Source of the DNA: Octopus vulgaris
Lineage: Eukaryota
Length of the DNA: 64,000 bases
Direction of reading: 5' to 3'
Assembly: GCA_951406725.2 (NCBI GenBank)
Contig: OX597840.1
Location: forward strand, 19,282,001 to 19,346,000
In this document: positions 39,906-54,964 of the stretch, one piece after another
Position numbering within the stretch: position 1 is the stretch's first letter
Layout: each line of letters begins with the position of its first letter
Notes under the pieces: model-generated
The model's input: only the letters and a program-made list of their open reading frames with translations
The model's database searches: none
What the model was told of the DNA's origin: nothing
Translations under genes and position numbers: made by a program

Positions 39906-40293
39906 CTAATTTGATCAGATATGGTCGGTTTAACTGCTAAAGGATAGTGTACAACTTCTGTGTACATTGCTTTTGTCCATTGTGTCATGACCATTGATAA
40001 AAAGAAAAACCTGGAACGGTCTGTGGACGTTGGACAACATGTTCCACTCTTCCGTCAAGACCCAAAGGCGAGACATTGCGTCTCCTTGGCAACCAATATT
40101 TGCCTGGAATGAATAAAAACAGAAAGAACAGTTATAAGAGTGGAAGAATTACTCTATCAACTTGTACGATTTGAACCATTCGTATCAGTTAATTTTAAAT
40201 AAAGTGCAAAAGATGAATCTGTCAGATTCCGACCAGAAATTGCATTGTGCTGTCAGTCTTCTTGATTTTTGAATGCACAAACACCTCAGACAC

Positions 40294-40386
<93 letters not shown>

Positions 40387-40704
40387 TACTGGCAGTTATG
40401 TTTCGAAGACGCAACATGGTCGAAAAAATTAGGTGTATAATTCTATAGCGGACATGCATTTTACTTGTGGTGAATTTAATCTTCAAAGGGTAGAACTTCT
40501 CTTCTAACATAAATTTCATTGTGTTGAAGAACATGTATATTTAATTTATAGTTAAGACGATGAGCTAGCAAAATCATTAGCACGTCCGAGAAAACACATA
40601 GAGGCATATCGTGTGTCTTTACGTTCAGCGTTCGAATTCCTCAGACGTTGATTTTTGCCTTTCATTCTTTCGGGGTCGATAAAAATGTTTTAAATTAATA
40701 TGGC

Positions 40705-40945
40705 AGAACTACCGGTATGTGTGTTGTAAAAAGTACTTAGTAAGGATAGACACACAAATAAGAAAGAAGAAAGCAAAGGACCGCTGATGCGGCCACAGGA
40801 GTGTGACGAAAGAACTGAAGCAAAGTAACACCAAATATATAGTGCGTGTGTTTTTATTGGCTAAACTGGCAAAATGACCATTCCGAAATACTACAATATC
40901 TGTTTCAACACACGACTTCACATAAAAAAAATCTTGCACAACAAA
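40705..40945 (+). mobile_element. Family P repeat, single-arm copy with the hammerhead 3' stem deleted
   Basis: GGACCGCTGATGCGGCCACAGGAGTGTGACGAAAGAACT joined directly to GAAGCAAAG. Confidence 0.8.
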
Positions 40946-41566
40946 TATATAAACATAATAACTTTTAAAAACGTTTCAGAAAAAGTCTCTGAAAGGATCC
41001 AGTTTGTTGTAAACGTTGGCAGGCCAATGCCAAAATCATCTTATTTGCAAAGTTCTGGCACGCAATGCATTGGATATTGTCAAACTAATAGATATGAAAG
41101 GGGTAAAATGTTAAATTGGAACTGCCACGTTAAATGATATATTCTGCTGACCAGACTTGTATTTAGCTTGGTATGGTAAAGGTTACGATGATTTAAATTA
41201 TCTGAATATGGCCACACTAAAATGTGAATGTTCAGAAAGACATGATGAATTCTATGGTCGATCGAAAAACATTTGGAAATGTTCGCATAGACTTACAAAT
41301 ATATGCGCATAAAGACAAAGCATATATGAGCGTAATGAAGACGTTAAACAAAACAGAACCATTCTGCGTCGATTGATTAATGCAATTATAATTTTTAGGT
41401 CAGCAGGAATTATCATATCCTGGTCACTTTGAATCAGAAGCATCTGGGGAGTTATAAAGACTATTGTTATATTTGGGGATGATCCATATTATTTTGCCAA
41501 TTAACCACACGCACACTACATACTTGGTCTTCACTTCTCCTTTATTATTATTATTTTGGTGTCTTA

Positions 41567-41965
41567 AGGTGGCGAGCTGGCAGAAACGTTAGCACGCCGG
41601 GCGAAATGCTTAGCAGTATTTCGTCTGCCGTTACGTTCTGAGTTCAAATTCCGCCGAGGTCGACTTTGCCTTTCATCCTTTCGGGGTCGATAAATTAAAT
41701 ACCAGTTACGCACTGGGGACGATATAATCGACTTAATCCGTTTGTCTGTCCTTGTTTGTTCTCTCTGTGTTTAGCCCCTTGTGGGTAGTAAAGAAATAGG
41801 TATTTCGTCTGTCGTTACGTTCTAAGTTCAAATTCTGTCGAGGTTGACTTTACCTTTCATCCTTTCGGGGTCGGTAAATTAAGTACCAGTTGAGTACTAG
41901 GGTCGATGTAATCGACTATCCCCCTCCCCCAAATTTCAGGCCATGTACCTATAAGAGAAAGGGCT
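41567..41965 (+). mobile_element. SINE family B, full copy plus tandem partial copy
   Basis: GGTGGCGAGCTGGCAGAAACGTTAGCACGCC head; core repeated at ~41800-41960. Confidence 0.9.
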
Positions 41966-42138
41966 ATTTTAGCGTCTTTGAAATATTTCGTCGCACATCA
42001 TGTGACCTCTTCGGCAACCCTCCATCCCACGTGTCTTCTCTTCTTCTGTTTAGTTCATTCTTGTGAGACGGAATCGTTAAATATATCAGGATGGATGTGT
42101 GACAAAAGATTTCTAACAAAAAGACACTAAAATAAGAC

Positions 42139-42206
<68 letters not shown>

Positions 42207-42264
42207 CTGAAGTGCAGACCAAGTATAACTGGCAACAAATATGACCTTCCCGAAATATAACAGC

Positions 42265-42814
42265 AGCCATATTCCTACCGCTCTATGTCACACTGGTGAG
42301 ACCCATATTGGAGTACGGGATTCAAGCCTCTTCTCCTTATCTCCTCAAAAGACATACAGCATCTCGAAAGAGTCCAGAAGCTAGCTACCCGCATGGTTCT
42401 TGGTCTCAAGCATTTGTCTTATGAAGAAAGGCTGAAGACGCTCGACCTTTATTCTCTAGAAAAACGACGACGCTGTGGTGATCTCATTCTTGCTCACAAC
42501 ATCATAAGCGGAAAGTGTAACCTCTCGAATGAGCTGTTCTTCACTCCTGCTCCAGAGCGTCGGCTGCGAGGTCACTCCGAAAAGCTCTATCTGCGACGAT
42601 TTCATCTCAATCGAAGGAGAGGGGCTTTCTCCGTCTGGGTTGCGGATTCGTGGAATAAGCTGCCGGATGATATAGTGAAGATGCCGACGACCGCTCGGTT
42701 CAAAGTCTCTCTTGACCAGAAATGGCCTGAACTCCTTGTATGAACACCATCCCTGTCCCCCTACATGGCCTTGCTTTTTGCTTTTTGAGCCAAAAAATTA
42801 ACTAACTAACTAAC
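42265..42814 (+). mobile_element. CR1-group LINE 3' end
   Basis: LYVTLVRPILEYG, LERVQKLATRMV.GLKHLSYEERLKTLDLYSLEKRR..GDLI, RGHSEKL, WNKLP; (CTAA)n tail. Confidence 0.9.
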
Positions 42815-43413
42815 ATAACAATATCTCTTTCAACCCACAATTTCACATCAGAAATCTTGCAATATAAATGCAGAGATGTAACAAAGTTATAAAGAAATTT
42901 TATACTTATTCAGCAAGTCTAATGTAAAGTTTGGCAAGCCATCCGTCTTGATAAAGTTACTGCAGTCTCGGATCTCTCAAGCAGAATTTAAAATCACTTG
43001 ATCGATGTGATTCGAAAAATAATGTTGAATTGATTAGAAATCGAACTGAAGTTGGCTAAATTTGCTTGGTATTGCAATAAGACAGACAAATTTCTTTCAA
43101 AATAAACTACTCTTGGCAGGAGAACGAAAGAGCAGGCAAAAACTGGTGGCATCGTGTTCTTAAGAAATACGAGAAAAGAACAGTGAAATTCTTCAGATGA
43201 AGGAATGGCGGGATCATGTTCTGGCACATTGAAAACTTAAAAAGAGAAAAGTAGCTTGAAGAATTTTATTTCTTGCAGAATTAAAAGCCAAAGATTAAGA
43301 ACTACAAATCAAGCATGGTTTCAAATTTTAGGCATAAGGCCAGCCGTGTTTGGGGTTGGGGGAAGTCGATTTCGTCGGCTTTGACTGGTCCTTTTCATAT
43401 CGACTCCGAAAGG

Positions 43414-43513
43414 NNNNNNNNNNNNNNNNNNNNNNNNNNNNNNNNNNNNNNNNNNNNNNNNNNNNNNNNNNNNNNNNNNNNNNNNNNNNNNNNNNNNNNN
43501 NNNNNNNNNNNNN
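43414..43513. other. Assembly gap (100 N) inside a SINE B
   Basis: Run of N. Confidence 0.99.
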
Positions 43514-43704
43514 ATGAAAGGCAAAGTCGACCTCGGCGGAATTTGAACTCAGAAAGTAAAGCCAGAAGAAACACTAAGCATTTTGTCCTCCGCGCTAACA
43601 ACTGTGCCAGCTCACTACCATGATAATAATAACAATGATCTTTTCTACTATAGGCACAAGACCAAACAACAACAACAACAATAGTAATTATAATAATAAT
43701 AATA

Positions 43705-43908
43705 TATTTCTTTATTTCCCATAGAGGGGACAAACAAGGATAGACAAAGGTATTACATCGACCCCAGTGCGTAACTGGTACTTTATTTATCGACCCCGAA
43801 AGGATTAAAGGCAAAGTCGACCTCGGCGGAATTTGAACTCAGAACGTAGCGGCAGGCGAAAACCGCAAAGCATTTCGCCCGGCGTGCTAACGTTTCAGGC
43901 AGCTCGCT
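43705..43908 (-). mobile_element. SINE family B
   Basis: Family head and core. Confidence 0.85.
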
Positions 43909-43926
43909 GTAATAATAATAATAATA

Positions 43927-44368
43927 TATGTACGGTCAGTTTGCAGGGGATACGAACGCCAAGACAGAAAGAAGAGACCGGTGGCTATGGATGAGGAGGA
44001 GTGACCTGAAGATAGAGACAGAAGCACTTATATGCGCAGCTCAGGATCAAGCGTTAAGGACTAACTATGTGAAGTGCAGAATCTATAACACTACCGATAG
44101 CGACAAATACAGAATGTATGATGAGTGGGGCGAAACGGTATGGTACATCGTTAGCGAATGCCCGAAATTGGCAGAACGCGAATACAAAAGACGACATGAC
44201 AATGTGGCAAGAATGATCTATTGAGAGTTCTATGGAAATTACGGCCTACAAAGAGCAAAGACGAAGTATGAGCAAACCGCAGAGGGAGTCACCGAGAATG
44301 AAAATTGCAAAATCCTGTGGGATGCAAGGATTCAGTACGATCGGCTGACAGGACATCGAAAACTGGAC
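43927..44368 (+). mobile_element. R4/Dong-clade LINE fragment, second subfamily
   Basis: MYGQF..WLWMRRSDLKIETEALICAAQDQALRTNY..ETVWYIVSECPKLA..YKRRHDNVA, KILWD. Confidence 0.85.
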
Positions 44369-44391
44369 ATACAGATAGATAGATAGATAGG

Positions 44392-44451
<60 letters not shown>

Positions 44452-44503
44452 AAGAGAGGGAGAGAGAGAGAGAGAAACATATATTTAGAAACATATATAA
44501 GAC

Positions 44504-44600
<97 letters not shown>

Positions 44601-45027
44601 CACATTTATATATTATAATATATTATATACTTTTTAATGTGTTTGTATACAAGTAGGCGTCTGAATGTGTGTGTATATGCATGAGGTTAAGTCGAGTACA
44701 TGGACCGCAATACTCAAATGATACTTATTTTATCGACCCCGAAAGGCTGAAAAGTAAGGTCGACGTCGTCGGAATTTGAACGCAGAGCATAAAGACTGAC
44801 TAAATGCCGCTAAGCCTTTCGTCCGGCGGCGTGCTAACGATTTTTCCAGTTTGGCAAGCCATCCCTTAACAAAAAACTAAATATACATGTTCTTCAACGT
44901 AGGAATTTAACTTAGAAGAGATGATGTCCTCTTTGAAGATTAAATTAGCCAGAGGCAAAACACATGTCCGCTATAGTGTTATGCTCCTAATTATTTCGGC
45001 TATGTGGCGTCTTCAAAATATGGTCTC

Positions 45028-45065
<38 letters not shown>

Positions 45066-45862
45066 ATGTTTGTGTACTCAAAGTCACGAAGTCTGACAGA
45101 ATATGGCGATCTCTGGTCAGAATCTGGTGGTTTCAGCTGTTGCACCGATTCCTTCTTTTCTCTTCTTACTTCGTGACTTTTGGCCCATCCTCTGTGTGTG
45201 TGTATAATGTATGTATGTATGTGTGTATGTATGTATGTATGTGTGTGTATGTATGCATGTATGTATGTATGCATGTATGTATGTATGTATGCATGCATGC
45301 ATGTGTATGTATGTATGTATGTATGTATGTATGTATGTATGTTTGGATGGATGGATGGATGGATGGATGGATGGATGTGTGAGTGCGTGCATGTATGTGG
45401 GTGTATGTATGTGTGCATGTATGAATATATGTCTATGTATATGCGTGTGTGTGTGTGTGTGTAAATGTATGTATCTGCATGTATGTGTGTATATGTGTGT
45501 GTGGCGTGTGCATGTATATACATACATATATATATAAATATACATATACTTACGTACATATACATCTACACACCCAAATGTATATGGGTGCGTATGTATG
45601 CATGTATGTATGTATGTATGTATGCATGTATGTATGTATGTACGCATGTATGTATGTACGCATGTATGTATGTATGTATGTATGTATGTATGTATGTATG
45701 TATGTATGTACACGCATACAGACAGATGGTAAAAGAGGGGTAGAAAGAAAGAAGGAAAGAAAGAAAGAAAGAAAGCGAGAAGGGAAAGTGCCTAAAAAAG
45801 AGGGAGGAAGAGTGAAAGAGAAAGAGAGGGAGGGAGAGAGAGAAAGAAAGAGAGAGAGAGAT

Positions 45863-45927
<65 letters not shown>

Positions 45928-46513
45928 ATGGGGCTAAAAGTCTGTATTGATCCGAGCGAAATCGTTATTTCAGGAAATAACGTTCGCAAGACAAGTAAAC
46001 ACTGCCTCGTTCTTATAATAAATGTCTGCCACTTGAACCTGATATCCAAATAACTTATACAACATCAGCTACGAGATAGATGGCGCTCCAAGCACTTTTA
46101 AACAAGATTTAATCGATAATTCAAAATAACTTCATTATTGTGACACAGTTAGAGGTGGCAAGGGAGAACTACTTGTTATGGCGGATGAACTATTTAGCAT
46201 AAGATGTGTGCAAAATGTTTGCCCTTTTAAAAAGACGTTTTCGTCTCTTCACTTTCTTCCGTGTATTTTTATTTCCTTTTTATGTTTTTTTATTTATTTA
46301 TATTATTTATTTCTGCTTAAATGGTTTGGTTTCCGACTTTTAATATGCAGAGAAATATTTATGGAAGCATAATGCAGGTTATAAAACTATTTGCTAATAA
46401 ATAAATATTGTTATATTTGTATATATGTGTGTGTGTGCACACATATACACACATTTAGACGCCTACTTGTATACAAACACATTAAAAAGTATATAATATA
46501 TTATAATATATAA

Positions 46514-46593
<80 letters not shown>

Positions 46594-46773
46594 CTAAATG
46601 TTTTATTTATGTTTCTCTCTCTCTCTATCTATCTATCTACCTATCTATTTATCTATCTATCTATTTATCTATCTATATATCTATCTATATGTACATAATG
46701 GGTGCTTGTGTGTGTCTCTAGATGTCTTATATATATTTCCCTTTATATAAAGGTCATTTTTCATAGCTTTTTT

Positions 46774-46824
46774 CCGAAGAGATGGCGACGTGGATTTCCA
46801 CCTCGGCATCCGAAACTCGGAGTT
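46774..46824 (+). ncRNA. Hammerhead-like core with long stem II, stem I not evident
   Basis: CCGAAGA-GAUGGCGACGUGGA(UU)UCCACCUCGGCAUC-C-GAAAC-UCGGA-GUU. Confidence 0.4.
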
Positions 46825-46931
46825 TTATCATGGCTACCGAATAATTGTCACATATTACATTTACAGATAAATTCCTCTATTTACATAATATCGAGGTCTC
46901 TTTCTTTCTTTTGTTGTCTTACCGTTTTTAT

Positions 46932-47010
<79 letters not shown>

Positions 47011-47025
47011 TACACATATATATAC

Positions 47026-47056
<31 letters not shown>

Positions 47057-47429
47057 TGCTTCTATATGTATATATGTTTCTATCACTCTATCTACCTCTC
47101 TCTCTCTCTCTCTCTTTCTATCTCTCTATCTATATCTATCAATATGAATACACACATGTGTGCGTGTGTGTGCGTGCATGGATGGATGGATGGATGGATG
47201 GATGTGTATATGTGTTTGTAGACAGAAAGAAAGAAATTGATCGAGGAATGCAAAATACGCCACAGCGCAAAGCGTCTGTATTTTCTTTTGTGCGTTTCTG
47301 CCATGCAGACGCAGTTATGCTGCAACTTCATCATTGCAACATTTCCAGTCTTCTGTTGTTGATTTCTTCCAGGCAATGGCAATTCATATCACCATTCTTG
47401 TCTGAGCTTTCGCTCTGGTTGTTCACTCG

Positions 47430-49085
47430 CTTTGTGAATGAGGGAACTTGACACTGCGCCCTCATCTGTTCTTCATTCCGGGGCGTTAGTTCGTCAGGTA
47501 TCCTGGATAGGGGAATGTCCAATTCCTTTTTGAAGATACCCACATCCACATTGCAAAGGTTTCAAAACATTTTTTGGCATGACATTGAAGAACTTAGGGC
47601 CTGTGAACCCCAAGCTATTATAATCATGGTCTTCACTTCGAATGGAATGGACGCTACCTTTGGTATTATGCAATTACCTTCCAATACCTATTTCTTTACT
47701 ACCCACAAGGGGCTAAACACATAGGGGACAAACAAGGACAGACAAACGGATTAAGTCGATTACATCGACCCCAGTGCGTAACTGGTACTTATTTAATCGA
47801 CCCCGAAAGGATGAAAGGCAAAGTCGACCTTCGCGGAATTTGAACTCAGAACGTAAAGACAGACGAAATACCTATTTCTTTACTACCCACAGGGGGGTAA
47901 ACACAGAGGGGACAAACAAGAACAGACAAACGGATTAAGTCGATTACATCGACCCCAGTGCATAACTGGTACTTATTTAATCGACCCCGAAAGGATGAAA
48001 TGCAAAGTCGACCTTTACGGCGAGCTGGCAGAATCGTTAGCACGCCGGGCGAAATGCGTAGCCGTATTTCTTCTGCCGCTACGTTCTGAGTTCAAATTCC
48101 GCCGAGGTCGACTTTGCCTTTCATCCTTTCGGGGTCGATAAATTAAGTACCAGTTGAGTACTGGGGTCGATATAATCGACTTAATCCGTTTGTCTGTCCT
48201 TGTTTGTCCCCTCTGTGTTTAGCCCCTTGTGGGTAGTAAAGAAATAAGTATTTCGTCTGCCGTTACGTTCTGAGTTCAAATTATGCCGAGGTCGACTTTG
48301 CCTTTCATCCTTTCGGAGTCGATTAAATAAGTACCAGTTACGCACTGGGGTCGATGTAATCGACTTGATCCATTTGTCTGTTCTTGTTTGTCTTCTCTGT
48401 GTTTAGCCCCTTGTGGGTAGTAAAGAAATAGTTAAATCGTAGTTTCTTTAGCCTCTCCTATTAGCTAATCTACTGCACTGTTACAGTCTTTTTGGTGTAG
48501 TAACGTTGGATTACTTCAAGCTTCGATGTTGGTTTGACACTATATGGTGACCACAGTTGACGGCAGTAGTCTAGGCAGCTGAGAACAGAGGTCCCCCACG
48601 GGGTCAGCTTGACTTCTTGGTCTCTTCTCTTGAAGGAGATTAGTACGTATTCATCGTACCAACTGTATGCATTTTTTTGCCATCTTTGTAATGTGCATAC
48701 GAAATTATGCATCATTATCCCCAAGTCTTTCACTGTCTGAGAGTCTGGTATTGCCGTGTTTTCGGATCCTGTGTATGCGGGCCGTGACGCATTTGTGACA
48801 TGATGGCGGCTTGAAATTTTCCAGTATTAAATTGCGTGTTGTTTTATTCAGCTCATTAGTATATTGCACTTAGGCTCTGCTGCAGGCTTCGCACATCGCT
48901 AGGATCCTTTATTGTCTGTGATAATCATATGTCATCGGCATAGCTAGCGACAATGGCTTCTAAGAGAGCTACAATAAACAATAGTGGTCACAAGACAGTT
49001 CCCTGGGGAACTCAGCTCAGAATTTGTGTTTCGCTAGAGAGAGCACAATTGGCTTCAATTATCTGTTTGCTTTTAGGTGGAGCAC
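47430..49085 (-). pseudogene. Decayed CR1-group LINE RT, interrupted by a SINE array
   Basis: PQGTVL*PLLFIV, VASYADD, KDLGIMM, LDYCRQLWSPY..LEVIQRYYTKK, FKKELD..IPDE. Confidence 0.8.
47684..48430. mobile_element. Array of four SINE B units, two minus then two plus
   Basis: Minus units ~47684-47866 and ~47867-48015; plus units ~48018-48248 and ~48249-48430. Confidence 0.9.
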
Positions 49086-49144
49086 TCCGTTTAGAGGAAT
49101 TTATGCCGGAAATTTCTTGCTAAATGGCAATGTGATATTTTTGT

Positions 49145-49192
<48 letters not shown>

Positions 49193-49683
49193 ACACATAC
49201 ACACACAAAGACACAAACACACACACGCACGCACACACACACACTCACACACACACACACACTCACACACATACACACACAGAGACACATACACACACAC
49301 ACGCACACACACACTCACACACACACATACACACACACACACAGACACATACACACACACACGCACACACACACACACACACGCACACACAAACCTACAT
49401 AAACTCACGCAGAGACACTCCCTCGCACGCACATAATCTTTTAGAAAGTATATAAAAATACGTATAAAACATAAAATAGAATAAAAAAAATATACCATAT
49501 ATTTTTATGTTTTCTGAAAAAAGTTTATTACGCCTACTTTGCTGTTCCTTTCCTGTCTTTTATTAACATTAAGGAAAGTCGATTTCCTGAATTTAGATCC
49601 AACATCTTAATTGATATGAAACAAAATATATTGATCATTTATATTTATTTTTAACCCTTCGTTAGTCAGCTGATCTTCCCTAA

Positions 49684-49769
49684 CATAAACTTTTTGTATT
49701 AGGATGTGAAAACACCCCATGTGACAAATCACATGGGGTGTTTTCACATCCTAATACAAAAAGTTTATG
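49684..49769. repeat. Perfect hairpin, 41-bp arms, CAAA loop
   Basis: CATAAACTTTTTGTATTAGGATGTGAAAACACCCCATGTGA-CAAA-reverse complement. Confidence 0.95.
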
Positions 49770-49875
49770 GTTTTAGTATTATACAAAACATCCTCATTCT
49801 GTTGGCATGTGTCTTCTGCTATAGCCTCAAACCTTCATAAATTACCCTGCAATTTTATATATATATATATATATG

Positions 49876-49940
<65 letters not shown>

Positions 49941-49966
49941 GTATATATATGTATATATATATATGA

Positions 49967-49998
<32 letters not shown>

Positions 49999-50017
49999 AT
50001 GTATATATATATATCAA

Positions 50018-50155
50018 AATGGCTGTGTGCTAAGGAGCTTACTTACCAACCACATGGTTCCGGGTTCAGTCACACTGATGGCACCTTGGGCAAGTGTCTT
50101 CTACTATAGAGTCTTGTGAGTGGATTTGGTGGAGGGAAACTGAAAGAAGCCTGTC

Positions 50156-50210
<55 letters not shown>

Positions 50211-50460
50211 GGAGGAAAAACACAGACACACAAACACACACACACATATATATATATGTTTGTGTGTCTGTGCTTTTCCTCCCACTATCGCTTGACAACC
50301 GATGTTGGCGTGTTTACGTCCAGGTAACTTAGTGGTTCGGCAAAACAGAACAATAGAATAAGTACTAGGCTTACAAAAGAATAAGTCCTAGAGTCGATCT
50401 GTTTGACTGAAGGCACTGCTCCAGCATGGCTGCTGTCAAATGACTGAAACAAACAAAAGA
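50018..50460 (+). mobile_element. SINE family A
   Basis: Head, internal (TA)n, tail. Confidence 0.8.
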
Positions 50461-50479
50461 GCATATATATAACAAACAA

Positions 50480-50532
<53 letters not shown>

Positions 50533-50535
50533 AAA

Positions 50536-50860
50536 CTGGCAGTGCGTCGGTTATGATGACGGGAGTTGCAGTTGATCGTATGAGTGGAACAGCCTGTTCG
50601 TGAAGTTAACGTGCATGTGGCTGAGTATTCTGCAGACACTTGTACCCTTCAGCGTAGTTCTCAGGAAGATTCAGCCTGGCACACAGTTTGAGAAGGCTGG
50701 CCCTTTGAAATACAGTTATTACTCATTTTTGCCAACGGTGAGGACTCGAGCAACGAGAAATAAAGTCCCTTGCTCAAGGACACAACGCATCGCCGGGAAT
50801 TGAACTCACAACCTTGCCACCATGAGCCGAATATCTTAACCGCTAAGCCACACACCTTCA
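50536..50860 (-). mobile_element. tRNA-derived SINE; body shared with 55895-56133
   Basis: Minus-strand tRNA-like head with GTGTCCTTGAGCAAG; GGAACAGCCTG..AAGGCTGGCCCTTTGAAATACAG shared. Confidence 0.7.
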
Positions 50861-50989
50861 CACATACACACACACGCATATATATATATGTTTGTGTCTG
50901 TGTTTTTCCTCCCACTATCGCTTGACAACGAATGACCATGGATACACCTAAGAGGTCCTCCTTCGGGCTAAAAGTCTGGGCGGAAAGTT

Positions 50990-51224
50990 GCCTCACCGGC
51001 GAACGCTCAACCTAGAGTTGTTTTTATGGAAGACCAGCAGTCGCCCATGCATACCAGCCTAACCTCTCCATACCACCGATGTTTTCCAAGAGAAAGGTAA
51101 AGGCTGATATAGCTTGGCGCCAGTGATGTCGCAGCTCTACTGCTGAGTGAACTGGAACAACGTGAAATAAAGTGTCTTGCTCAAGTGTACAACACGCAGC
51201 CCGGTCCGGGAATCGAACTCACAA
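50990..51224 (-). mobile_element. SINE family C, head-truncated
   Basis: Matches 37840-38047. Confidence 0.75.
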
Positions 51225-51878
51225 TCTTTGTGGACCCAGAGAGCAAGCTGGTCGTTCTTGACGCGACGCATAGTAGCAGCAGTGCCTTCAGACTAGTCGC
51301 GGTCTATGCTGCAAACGACACGGGGAAATCTGACTACTTCAGACGCCTAGAGGCTTTCCTTGGGACGTCACGCATATTAGTGTTAGTAGGTGACTTTAAC
51401 ACAATTCTAAGTGCATGGGTGGATTGTGTTGGCTCGACTTCAAATAGAAAAGGGAACTCATGCCTCGTTAACCTTCTCAGTCGCTTTCAGCTGGCTGACA
51501 GGTTTAGAATGGATCACTCGAATGCTCCTATATGGACATAGACCAACAGCGTCGAGTCTTCCAGGTCTTACCTAGATAGAGTGTTTATTAGGCTAGCCGG
51601 TAAAACTAGTGCTAGTTGTCCACAATTTCAGATCGTCAGCTATACAGATCACAAGTTAGTGACCTGTAAGCTTGACTTAGATAGATTTTGTAGTCAGAGC
51701 CCCGGTTACTGAAAGCTAAAAATGTTATTCCTGGCGTGCAAAGCCTACAGTGAGCGGATTAGAGAGTTAATGAAAAGGGCACTAACAGGAGCTATCCTCA
51801 ATAACAACTGGTGATACGCCCTATAAAGAGCCATTAAATTTGAGTCACGCAGATATAGCAAAGTTTTAGCATTAGACT
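51225..51878 (+). pseudogene. Tx1/L1-group LINE apurinic-type endonuclease fragment
   Basis: RLVAVYA, LVGDFN, PIWT, SRSYLDRVF, YTDHKLV, PGY*KL motifs with stops. Confidence 0.85.
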
Positions 51879-51982
51879 TTTTTGCATCTTCTAAAAGGTA
51901 TTTTCTAAGCTGTCTTCATTGCCGTCCTGCGTTCGTGAATTTCTTTATTTATGTTGCATATATATCTAAATATATATCTGTG

Positions 51983-52795
<813 letters not shown>

Positions 52796-53384
52796 CATAA
52801 ATGTATTCATACGCATATGTACACGTGTGTGTGTGTGTGTGTGTGTGTGTATTGTGTCCTTCAGAATGAAAGAGAAACTGATCTCAGGACACAGTGAGCC
52901 GGAAGAACCAACACTACATAAACGATACACTAAATAGTACCATTTTTACCGATAATAAAACATTGATCTCTTTCATTCACAACGATCAAAATCGATATAT
53001 TTACAAACTTAAGCCTCTATAGCCGGCCTAACAGATAACCACACAAGAAACAGGACACGTTATCTTTTAATATATACAATAAATATTACAATTCTGAAGA
53101 AACTGGATTATTAAAGAACTCCGATTTCCGTCTTGTAATTTGGACACGCCATCCATCGCTCTAAGAAATCAGATCGATAAGCAATAAATTTTGATAGATA
53201 TCGATTCATAGTGGTTTCTTTTTAGAAGAAGATAATATAAGATATTAAAAACAGAAAGCGTAAAAACGTATGAAGCGTGTAGCTTTTTGTGAACTAATTT
53301 AATAAATATATGTTATCTATGTATCAATCTATTTACTTGATTATATATTTATCAATATATCTATACCTATCCGCCTCTCTCTCC

Positions 53385-53443
<59 letters not shown>

Positions 53444-53452
53444 TATATATGT

Positions 53453-53535
<83 letters not shown>

Positions 53536-53752
53536 CATACATACATATATATGTATGCATACGCACGTAACCATTCTCCATACTTTTCTTCTTTCTTAGC
53601 TCTCCTCCCTAGAACCGTATACTCGCCTCGCCTCTAATACCACACCCGCAATTTTTCTCAACCACCTCTTTTACACCCCTCTTTACTTCTCTTCTGTAGT
53701 TTTGTTTGGATGGAGAACTAGCATCCGTAAAGTATAGATGCAAAATATTTAT

Positions 53753-53832
<80 letters not shown>

Positions 53833-53863
53833 ATGTATGTATATATGTATGTATATATGTATG

Positions 53864-53907
<44 letters not shown>

Positions 53908-54134
53908 CATATATACATACATACATACATACACACATATATGTACATATATATATATATATATGTATAAATAGATAGATATAAATACATATATATAGAG
54001 ATAGATATATACAAATATATGTATATATATATATAAAGATATATATATAAAGAGATATATATGAGTATATATATATAAAAAGAGAGAGGGGGAGAGGGGG
54101 AGAAGGAGAGAGGGAGAGAGAGAGACTAGAGTAA

Positions 54135-54680
54135 GCACATAAAGGCGAAACAAGGTGGTAAAAATAGTACTCGAATACCAGAGGCAGAGTAATATGCTTA
54201 TGCTTTATTAAAATCCACCAAAATATCACAAAAACTGTTACTCAGAGTTTCACGTTTCCGTTCGTTGAACAGTTTCGTTTAGAATGGAGCAAGATAAAGT
54301 TATATACAGAAATACAATTGCTTTCACAGATACACATTTGAAAATGGTTTTGTTTCATTGGTCCCTTCAACTAACGTTGAAATGACAAATTGCGGTTTAA
54401 AATCACATTATTATAAAAGTCGAAGAAAATCTGAAATCAAAAACAACTTATAAGGAAGGAAAAGGTCTAAATACCCAGGTAAGTAATTAGCTGTAAAATG
54501 TTAATAAATTAAAAGATATATCCGTTTAAAAGTTTTTCACGCTAGATTACATATAGATTTAGCAATATATACACTTACCAAACAATCTATAATATACACT
54601 AAGCATACAGATGCAGGTACATATACAAACATATAGGCAAGACATAAATATATACATATGCATAAATATGTGTGCACGCA
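54135..54680 (-). mobile_element. Penelope-like pLTR (3' side) with decayed hammerhead at 54232-54275
   Basis: Matches 6605-6845 and 2110-2700; AAACUGU-UCAACGA-ACG(GAAA)CGU-GAAAC-UCUGA-GUA-ACAGUUU. Confidence 0.7.
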
Positions 54681-54964
54681 CATACGTGCACGTGCACAAA
54701 ATCTCCTGGCGTATTCTTCTGCAAGTTCGTTGTTACAGGCGAAAGAAAGGGAAGGAAAAAAATCAGAGAATAATAAGGGGGAGAACGAAAACTGGGGAAA
54801 AGAAGAAAAAAAATAAAAGAAACAGAAACAGAAAATTAGAGAGAGAGAGAGAGCGATAGAGAGAGAGGGAGGGAGGGAAAAGACAGAGATAAAGAGAGTG
54901 AAATGATAGCGTTCGAAAAGTATCTTAAGAAGGTTAGATACTTCGTTTAGTTTGCGAAACGAAC

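Noticed and set aside
47684-48430. Regularly repeated units resembling a CRISPR array
   Set aside because: Units are ~150-230-bp SINE copies without unique spacers; eukaryotic context and no cas genes
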